Origin: Eledone cirrhosa
Taxonomy: Eukaryota
Length of the DNA stretch: 64,000 nucleotides
Assembly (NCBI GenBank): GCA_964016885.1
Contig: OZ024745.1
Coordinates: 24,862,001 to 24,926,000, forward strand
Direction: 5' to 3'
The position numbers and the translations under genes were made by a program. Positions within the stretch are counted from its first letter, which is position 1. Every line of letters starts with the position of its first letter. Shown here in pieces: positions 52,511 through 64,000 of the stretch. The notes under the pieces were generated by a model. That model was not told the origin of the DNA and did not search any database. It saw only the letters and a program-made list of their open reading frames with translations.

Positions 52511-55500
52511 GTATCGAGAGACACCCACAGCCATTACAGTATTGAGAGACAACTACAGCCATTACAATATTGAGAGACAACTACAGCCATTACAGTATTG
52601 AGAGACAACTACAGCCATTACAATACTGAGAGACAACTACAGCCATTACAGTATTGAGAGACAACTACAGCCATTACAATATTGAGAGACAACTACAGCC
52701 ATTACAGTATTGAGAGACAACTACAGCCATTACAATACTGAGAGACAACTACAGCCATTACAGTATTGAGAGACAACTACAGCCATTACAGTATTGAGAG
52801 ACACCCACAGCCATTACAATATAGAGAGACAACTACAGCCATTACAGTATTGAGAGACAACTACAGCCATTACAGTATTGAGAGACACCCACAGCCATTA
52901 CAATATAGAGAGACAACTACAGCCATTACAATATTGAGAGACAACTACAGCCATTACAGTATTGAGAGACAACTACAGCCATTACAGTATTGAGAGACAA
53001 CTACAGCCATTACAGTATTGAGAGACAACTACAGCCATTACAGTATTGAGAGACAACTACAGCCATTACAGTATTGAGAGACAACTACAGCCATTACAGT
53101 ATTGAGAGACAACTACAGCCATTACAGTATTGAGAGACAACTACAGCCATTACAGTATTGAGAGACACCCACAGCCATTACAATATTGAGAGACAACTAC
53201 AGCCATTACAATATTGAGAGACAACTACAGCCATTACAGTATTGAGAGACAACTACAGCCATTACAGTATTGAGAGACAACTACAGCCATTACAATACTG
53301 AGAGACAACTACAGCCATTACAGTATTGAGAGACAACTACAGCCATTACAATATAGAGAGACAACTACAGCTATTACAATACTGAGAGACAACTACAGCC
53401 ATTACAGTATTGAGAGACAACTACAGCCATTACAATATAGAGAGACAACTACAGCCATTACAATACTGAGAGACAACTACAGCCATTACAATATTGAGAG
53501 ACAACTACAGCCATTACAATATAGAGAGACAACTACAGCCATTACAGTATTGAGAGACAACTACAGCCATTACAGTATTGAGAGACACCCACAGCCATTA
53601 CAATATAGAGAGACAACTACAGCCATTACAATATTGAGAGACAACTACAGCCATTACAGTATTGAGAGACAACTACAGCCATTACAGTATTGAGAGACAA
53701 CTACAGCCATTACAGTATTGAGAGACAACTACAGCCATTACAATACTGAGAGACAACTACAGCCATTACAGTATTGAGAGACAACTACAGCCATTACAGT
53801 ATTGAGAGACAACTACAGCCATTACAATACTGAGAGACAACTACAGCCATTACAGTATTGAGAGACAACTACAGCCATTACAGTATTGAGAGACAACTAC
53901 AGCCATTACAGTATTGAGAGACAACTACAGCCATTACAATACTGAGAGACAACTACAGCCATTACAGTATTGAGAGACAACTACAGCCAGTACAGTATTG
54001 AGAGACAACTACAGCTATTACAGTATTGAGAGACAACTACAGCCATTACAATATTGAGAGACAACTACAGCCATTACAGTATTGAGAGACAACTACAGCC
54101 ATTACAGTATTGAGAGACAACTACAGCCATTACAGTATTGAGAGACAACTACAGCCATTACAATACTGAGAGACAACTACAGCCATTACAGTATTGAGAG
54201 ACAACTACAGCCATTACAGTATTGAGAGACAACTACAGCCATTACAGTATTGAGAGACAACTACAGCTATTACAGTATTGAGAGACAACTACAGCCATTA
54301 CAGTATTGAGAGACACCCACAGCCATTACAATATAGAGAGACAACTACAGCCATTACAATATTGAGAGACAACTACAGCCATTACAGTATTGAGAGACAA
54401 CTACAGCCATTACAGTATTGAGAGACAACTACAGCCATTACAGTATTGAGAGACAACTACAGCCATTACCGTATTGAGAGACACCCACAGCCATTACAGT
54501 ATTGAGAGACAACTACAGCCATTACAGTATTGAGAGACAACTACAGCCATTACCGTATTGAGAGACACCCACAGCCACTACAGTATTGAGAGACAACTAC
54601 AGCCATTACAGTATTGAGAGACAACTACAGCCATTACAGTATTGAGAGACAACTACAGCCATTACAGTATTGAGAGACAACTACAGCCATTACAGTATTG
54701 AGAGACAACTACAGCCATTACAGTATTGAGAGACAACTACAGCCATTACAGTATTGAGAGACAACTACAGCTATTACAGTATTGAGAGACAACTACAGCC
54801 ATTACAGTATTGAGAGACAACTACAGCCATTACAGTATTGAGAGACAACTACAGCCATTACAGTATTGAGAGACAACTACAGCCATTACAATATTGAGAG
54901 ACAACTACAGCCATTACAGTATTGAGAGACAACTACAGCCATTACAGTATTGAGAGACAACTACAGCCATTACAATATTGAGAGACAACTACAGCCATTA
55001 CAATATTGAGAGACAACTACAGCCATTACAATATTGAGAGACAACTACAGCCATTACAATATTGAGAGACAACTACAGCCATTACAATATTGAGAGACAA
55101 CTACAGCCATTACAATACTGAGAGACAACTACAGCCATTACAGTATTGAGAGACAACTACAGCCATTACAATACTGAGAGACAACTACAGCCATTACAGT
55201 ATTGAGAGACAACTACAGCCATTACCGTATTGAGAGACACACACAGCCATTACAGTATTGAGAGACAACTACAGCCATTACAGTATTGAGAGACAACTAC
55301 AGCCATTACCGTATTGAGAGACAACTACAGCCATTACAGTATTGAGAGACAACTACAGCCATTACAGTATTGAGAGACAACTACAGCCATTACAGTATTG
55401 AGAGACAACTACAGCCATTACAGTATTGAGAGACAACTACAGCTATTACAGTATTGAGAGACAACTACAGCCATTACAGTATAGAGGGACAACTACAGCC

Positions 55501-58500
55501 ATTACAATATTGAGAGACAACTACAGCCATTACAGTATTGAGAGACAACTACAGCCATTACAATATTGAGAGACAACTACAGCCAGTACAGTATTGAGAG
55601 ACAACTACAGCCATTACAGTATTGAGAGACAACTACAGCCATTACAGTATTGAGAGACACCCACAGCCATTACAGTATTGAGACACAACTACAGCCATTA
55701 CAGTATTGAGAGACAACTACAGCCATTACAGTATTGAGAGACAACTACAGCCATTACAATATAGAGAGACAACTACAGCCATTACAGTATTGAGAGACAA
55801 CTACAGCCATTACAGTATTGAGAGACAACTACAGCCATTACAATATTGAGAGACAACTACAGCCATTACAGTATTGAGAGACAACTACAGCCATTACAAT
55901 ATAGAGAGACAACTACAGCCATTACAGTATTGAGAGACAACTACAGCCATTACAGTATTGAGAGACAACTACAGCCATTACAATATTGAGAGACAACTAC
56001 AGCCATTACAGTATTGAGAGACAACTACAGCCATTACAGTATTGAGAGACACCCACAGCCATTACAGTATTGAGAGACAACTACAGCCATTACAGTATTG
56101 AGAGACAACTACAGCCATTACAGTATTGAGAGACACCCACAGCCATTACAGTATTGAGAGACAACTACAGCCATTACAGTATTGAGAGACAACTACAGCC
56201 ATTACAGTATTGAGAGACAACTACAGCCATTACAATATAGAGAGACAACTACAGCCATTACAGTATTGAGAGACAACTACAGCCATTACAATATAGAGAG
56301 ACAACTACAGCCATTACCGTATTGAGAGACACCCGCAGCCATTACAGTATTGAGAGACAACTACAGCCATTACAGTATGGAGAGACAACTACAGCCATTA
56401 CAGTATTGAGAGACAACTACAGCCATTACAGTATTGAGAGACAACTACAGCCATTACAGTTTTGAGAGACAACTACAGCCATTACCGTATTGAGAGACAC
56501 CCACAGCCATTACAGTATTGAGAGACAACTACAGCCATTACAGTATTGAGAGACAACTACAGCCATTACAGTATTGAGAGACAACTACAGCCATTACAGT
56601 ATTGAGAGACACCCACAGCCATTACAGTATTGAGAGACAACTACAGCCATTACAGTATTGAGAGACAACTACAGCCATTACAGTATTGAGAGACAACTAC
56701 AGCCATTACAGTATTGAGAGACAACTACAGCCATTACAATATTGAGAGACAACTACAGCCATTACAATATTGAGAGACAACTACAGCCATTACAATATTG
56801 AGAGACAACTACAGCCATTACAGTATTGAGAGACAACTACAGCCATTACAATACTGAGAGACAACTACAGCCATTACAATATTGAGAGACAACTACAGCC
56901 ATTACAATATTCAGAGACAACTACAGCCATTACAGTATTGAGAGACAACTACAGCCATTACAGTATTGAGAGACAACTACAGCCATTACAGTATTGAGAG
57001 ACAACTACAGCTATTACAGTATTGAGAGACAACTACAGCTATTACAGTATTGAGAGACAACTACAGCTATTACAGTATTGAGAGACAACTACAGCCATTA
57101 CAGTATTGAGAGACAACTACAGCCATTACAATACTGAGAGACAACTACAGCCATTACAGTATTGAGAGACAACTACAGCCATTACAGTATTGAGAGACAA
57201 CTACAGCCACTACAGTATTGAGAGACAACTACAGCCATTACAGTATTGAGAGACAACTACAGCCATTACAGTATTGAGAGACAACTACAGCCATTACAAT
57301 ACTGAGAGACAACTACAGCCATTACAATATAGAGAGACAACTACAGCCATTACAGAATTGAGAGACAACTACAGCCATTACAGTATTGAGAGACAACTAC
57401 AGCCATTACAGTATTGAGAGACAACTACAGCCATTACAATACTGAGAGACAACTACAGCCATTACAGTATTGAGAGACAACTACAGCCATTACAGTATTG
57501 AGAGACACCCACAGCCATTACAGTATTGAGAGACAACTACATCCATTACAGTATTGAGAGACACCCACAGCCATTACAGTATTGAGAGACAACTACAGCC
57601 ATTACAGTATTGAGAGACAACTACAGCCATTTCAGTATTGAGAGACAACTACAGCCATTACAATATTGAGAGACACCCACAGCCATTACAATACTGAGAG
57701 ACAACTACAGCCATTACAATATAGAGAGACAACTACATCCATTACAGTATTGAGAGACAACTACAGCCATTACAATATAGAGAGACAACTACAGCCATTA
57801 CAGTATTGAGAGACAACTACAGCCATTACAGTATTGAGAGACAACTACAGCTATTACAGTATTGAGAGACAACTACAGCCATTACAGTATTGAGAGACAA
57901 CTACAGCCATTACAGTATTGAGAGACAACTACAGCCATTACAGTATTGAGAGACAACTACAGCCATTACAGTATTGAGAGACAACTACAGCCATTACAGT
58001 ATTGAGAGACAACTACAGCCATTACAGTATTGAGAGACAACTACAGCCATTCCAGTATTGAGAGACACCCACAGCCATTACAGTATTGAGAGACAACTAC
58101 AGCCATTACAGTATTGAGAGACAACTACAGCCATTCCAGTATTGAGAGACACCCACAGCCATTACAGTATTGAGAGACAACTACAGCCATTACAGTATTG
58201 AGAGACAACTACAGCCATTACAGTATTGAGAGACAACTACAGCCATTACAGTATTGAGAGACAACTACAGCCATTCCAGTATTGAGAGACACCCACAGCC
58301 ATTACAGTATTGAGAGACAACTACAGCCATTCCAGTATTGAGAGACACCCACAGCCATTACAGTATTGAGAGACAACTACAGCCATTACAGTATTGAGAG
58401 ACAACTACAGCCATTACAGTATTGAGAGACAACTACAGCCATTACAGTATTGAGAGACAACTACAGCCATTCCAGTATTGAGAGACACCCACAGCCATTA

Positions 58501-61500
58501 CAGTATTGAGAGACAACTACAGCCATTACAGTATTGAGAGACAACTACAGCCATTACAGTATTGAGAGACAACTACAGCCATTACAGTATTGAGAGACAA
58601 CTACAGCCATTCCAGTATTGAGAGACACCCACAGCCATTACAGTATTGAGAGACAACTACAGCCATTACAGTATTGAGAGACAACTACAGCCATTCCAGT
58701 ATTGAGAGACACCCACAGCCATTACAGTATTGAGAGACAACTACAGCCATTACAGTATTGAGAGACAACTACAGCCATTACAGTATTGAGAGACAACTAC
58801 AGCCATTACAGTATTGAGAGACAACTACAGCCATTACAGTATTGAGAGACAACTACAGCCATTACAGTATTGAGAGACAACTACAGCCATTACAATATTG
58901 AGAGACAACTACAGCCATTACAATATTGAGAGACAACTACAGCCATTACAGTATTGAGAGACAACTACAGCCATTACAATACTGAGAGACAACTACAGCC
59001 ATTACAGTATTGAGAGACAACTACAGCCATTACAATATAGAGAGACAACTACAGCCATTACAATACTGAGAGACAACTACAGCCATTACAATATAGAGAG
59101 ACAACTACAGCCATTACAATACTGAGAGTCAACTACAGACATTACAATATAGAGAGACAACTACAGCCATTACAATACTGAGAGACAACTACAGCCATTA
59201 CAATATAGAGAGACAACTACAGCCATTACAATACTGAGAGACAACTACAGCCATTACAATATTGAGAGACAACTACAGCCATTACAGTATTGAGAGACAA
59301 CTACAGCCATTACAATATAGAGAGACAACTACAGCCATTACAATATAGAGAGACAACTACAGCCATTACAGTATTGAGAGACAACTACAGCCATTACAGT
59401 ATTGAGAGACAACTACAGCCATTACAGTATTGAGAGACAACTACAGCCATTACAGTATTGAGAGACAACTACAGCCATTACAGTATTGAGAGACAACTAC
59501 AGCCATTACAGTATTGAGAGACAACTACAGCCATTACAGTATTGAGAGACACCCACAGCCATTACAGTATTGAGAGACATCTACAGCCATTACAATACTG
59601 AGAGACAACTACAGCCATTACAATATTGAGAGACAACTACAGCCATTACAATATAGAGAGACAACTACAGCCATTACAGTATTGAGAGACAACTACAGCC
59701 ATTACAGTATTGAGAGACAACTACAGCCATTACAGTATTGAGAGACAACTACAGCCATTACAGTATTGAGAGACAACTACAGCCATTACAGTATTGAGAG
59801 ACAACTACAGCCATTACAGTATTGAGAGACAACTACAGCCATTCCAGTATTGAGAGACACCCACAGCCATTACAGTATTGAGAGACAACTACAGCCATTA
59901 CAGTATTGAGAGACAACTACAGCCATTCCAGTATTGAGAGACACCCACAGCCATTACAGTATTGAGAGACAACTACAGCCATTACAGTATTGAGAGACAA
60001 CTACAGCCATTACAGTATTGAGAGACAACTACAGCCATTACAGTATTGAGAGACAACTACAGCCATTACAGTATTGAGAGACAACTACAGCCATTACAGT
60101 ATTGAGAGACAACTACAGCCATTCCAGTATTGAGAGACACCCACAGCCATTACAGTATTGAGAGACAACTACAGCCATTACAGTATTGAGAGACAACTAC
60201 AGCCATTACAGTATTGAGAGACAACTACAGCCATTACAGTATTGAGAGACAACTACAGCCATTCCAGTATTGAGAGACACCCACAGCCATTACAGTATTG
60301 AGAGACAACTACAGCCATTACAGTATTGAGAGACAACTACAGCCATTACAGTATTGAGAGACAACTACAGCCATTACAGTATTGAGAGACAACTACAGCC
60401 ATTCCAGTATTGAGAGACACCCACAGCCATTACAGTATTGAGAGACAACTACAGCCATTACAGTATTGAGAGACAACTACAGCCATTCCAGTATTGAGAG
60501 ACACCCACAGCCATTACAGTATTGAGAGACAACTACAGCCATTACAGTATTGAGAGACAACTACAGCCATTACAGTATTGAGAGACAACTACAGCCATTA
60601 CAGTATTGAGAGACAACTACAGCCATTACAGTATTGAGAGACAACTACAGCCATTACAGTATTGAGAGACAACTACAGCCATTACAATATTGAGAGACAA
60701 CTACAGCCATTACAATATTGAGAGACAACTACAGCCATTACAGTATTGAGAGACAACTACAGCCATTACAATACTGAGAGACAACTACAGCCATTACAGT
60801 ATTGAGAGACAACTACAGCCATTACAATATAGAGAGACAACTACAGCTATTACAGTATTGAGAGACAACTACAGCCATTACAGTATTGAGAGACAACTAC
60901 AGCCATTACAATATAGAGAGACAACTACAGCCATTACAATATTGAGAGACAACTACAGCCATTACAATATTGAGAGACAACTACAGCCATTACAATACTG
61001 AGAGACAACTACAGCCATTACAATATAGAGAGACAACTACAGCCATTACAATACTGAGAGTCAACTACAGACATTACAATATAGAGAGACAACTACAGCC
61101 ATTACAATACTGAGAGACAACTACAGCCATTACAATATAGAGAGACAACTACAGCCATTACAATACTGAGAGACAACTACAGCCATTACAATATTGAGAG
61201 ACAACTACAGCCATTACAGTATTGAGAGACAACTACAGCCATTACAATATAGAGAGACAACTACAGCCATTACAATATAGAGAGACAACTACAGCCATTA
61301 CAGTATTGAGAGACAACTACAGCCATTACAGTATTGAGAGACAACTACAGCCATTACAGTATTGAGAGACAACTACAGCCATTACAGTATTGAGAGACAA
61401 CTACAGCCATTACAGTATTGAGAGACAACTACAGCCATTACAGTATTGAGAGACAACTACAGCCATTACAGTATTGAGAGACACCCACAGCCATTACAGT

Positions 61501-64000
61501 ATTGAGAGACATCTACAGCCATTACAATACTGAGAGACAACTACAGCCATTACAATATTGAGAGACAACTACAGCCATTACAGTATTGAGAGACAACTAC
61601 AGCCATTACAATATTGAGAGACAACTACAGCCATTACAATATAGAGAGACAACTACAGCCATTACAATATTGAGAGACAACTACAGCCATTACAATATAG
61701 AGAGACAACTACAGCCATTACAGTATTGAGAGACAACTACAGCCATTACAGTATTGAGAGACAACTACAGCCATTACAGTATTGAGAGACAACTACAGCC
61801 ATTACAATATAGAGAGACAACTACAGCCATTACAGTATTGAGAGACAACTACAGCCATTACAATACTGAGAGACAACTACAGCCATTACAGTATTGAGAG
61901 ACAACTACAGCCATTACAGTATTGAGAGACAACTACAGCCATTACAGTATTGAGAGACAACTACAGCCATTACAGTATTGAGAGACAACTACAGCCATTA
62001 CAGTATTGAGAGACAACTACAGCCATTACAGTATTGAGAGACACCCACAGCCATTACAGTATTGAGAGACAACTACAGCCATTACAGTATTGAGAGACAA
62101 CTATAGCCATTACAGTATTGAGAGACAACTACAGCCATTACAATATTGAGAGACAACTACAGCCATTACAATACTGAGAGACAACTACAGCCATTACAGT
62201 ATTGAGAGACAACTACAGCCATTACAGTATTGAGAGACAACTACAGCCATTACAGTATTGAGAGACAACTACAGCCATTACAATATTGAGAGACAACTAC
62301 AGCCATTACAGTATTGAGAGACAACTACAGCCATTACAATATTGAGAGACAACTACAGCCATTACAGTATTGAGAGACACCCACAGCCATTACAGTATTG
62401 AGAGACAACTACAGCCATTACAATACTGAGAGACAACTACAGCCATTACAGTATTGAGAGACAACTACAGCCATTACAGTATTGAGAGACAACTACAGCC
62501 ATTACAATATTGAGAGACAACTACAGCCATTACAGTATTGAGAGACAACTACAGCCATTACAATACTGAGTGACAACTACAGCCATTACAGTATTGAGAG
62601 ACAACTACAGCCATTACAGTATTGAGAGACAACTACAGCCATTACAGTATTGAGAGACACCCACAGCCATTACAGTATTGAGAGACAACTACAGCCATTA
62701 CAGTATTGAGAGACAACTACAGCCAGTACAGTATTGAGAGACAACTACAGCCATTACAGTATTGAGAGACAACTACAGCCATTACAATATTGAGAGACAA
62801 CTACAGCTATTACAGTATTGAGAGACAACTACAGCCATTACAGTATTGAGAGACAACTACAGCCATTACAATATTGAGAGACAACTACAGCCATTACAGT
62901 TTTGAGAGACAACTACAGCCATTACAGTATTGAGAGACACCCACAGCCATTACAGTATTGAGAGACAACTACAGCCATTACAGTATTGAGAGACACCCAC
63001 AGCCATTACAGTATTGAGAGACAACTACAGCCATTACAATATTGAGAGACAACTACAGCCATTACAGTATTGAGAGACAACCACAGCCATTACAGTATTG
63101 AGAGACAACTACAGCCATTACAATATTGAGAGACAACTACAGCCATTACAGTATTGAGAGACACCCACAGCCATTACAGTATTGAGAGACAACTACAGCC
63201 ATTACAATACTGAGAGACAACTACAGCCATTACAGTATTGAGAGACAACTACAGCCATTACAGTATTGAGAGACAACTACAGCCATTACAGTATTGAGAG
63301 ACAACTACAGCCATTACAATATTGAGAGACAACTACAGCCATTACAGTATTGAGAGACAACTACAGCCATTACAGTATTGAGAGACAACTACAGCCATTA
63401 CAATACTGAGAGACAACTACAGCCATTACAGTATTGAGAGACAACTACAGCCATTATAATATTGAGAGACAACTACAGCCATTACAGTATTGAGAGACAC
63501 CCACAGCCATTACAGTATTGAGAGACAACTACAGCCATTACAGTATTGAGAGACAACTACAGCTATTACAGTATTGAGAGACAACTACAGCCATTACAGT
63601 ATTGAGAGACAACTACAGCCATTACAATATAGAGAGACAACTACAGCCATTACAGTATTGAGAGACAACTACAGCCATTACAATACTGAGAGACAACTAC
63701 AGCCATTACAGTATTGAGAGACACCCACAGCCATTACAGTATTGAGAGACAACTACAGCCATTACAGTATTGAGAGACAACTACAGCCATTACAGTATTG
63801 AGAGACAACTACAGCCATTACAGTATTGAGAGACAACTACAGCCATTACAGTATTGAGAGACAACTACAGCCATTACAGTATTGAGAGACACCCACAGCC
63901 ATTACAGTATTGAGAGACAACTACAGCCATTACAGTATTGAGAGACAACTACAGCCATTACAGTATTGAGAGACAACTACAGCCATTACAGTATTGAGAG
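52511..64000. repeat. 28-bp satellite array, ~410 copies, continuing past the window end
   Basis: Unit gagagacaactacagccattacagtatt. Confidence 0.99.

Noticed and set aside
52511-64000. 28-bp repeat as a CRISPR array or repetitive protein gene
   Set aside because: No spacers; the unit is not a multiple of 3 and stop codons recur

Overview
Repeat-dominated eukaryotic DNA. The extreme (TA)n/(CA)n/(TACA)n density and the SINE families suggest a cephalopod, probably an octopod (inference). No host gene is confidently visible, and nearly all track ORFs are microsatellite translations. The real coding content is retroelements: an intact RTE-clade LINE ORF (15328-18873, -) ending in three C2H2-like zinc fingers; a 5'-truncated Penelope-like element (PLE, Naiad-like RT + GIY-YIG, 29998-31623) with 619-bp inverted repeats; and decayed R4-like, CRE-like and PLE fragments. 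There are also many tRNA-derived SINEs, non-autonomous RTE derivatives, 27-bp and 33-bp minisatellites, and an 11.5-kb 28-bp satellite that runs off the right end. The main hidden signal is about 14 minimal type I hammerhead ribozyme (HHR) motifs, read by eye, in several non-coding families inserted in (TA)n. One family is a structured 466-bp tandem monomer that looks like a retrozyme or non-autonomous PLE, with a diverged sister family showing compensatory stem changes. All RNA structures were folded by hand; no searches were run.
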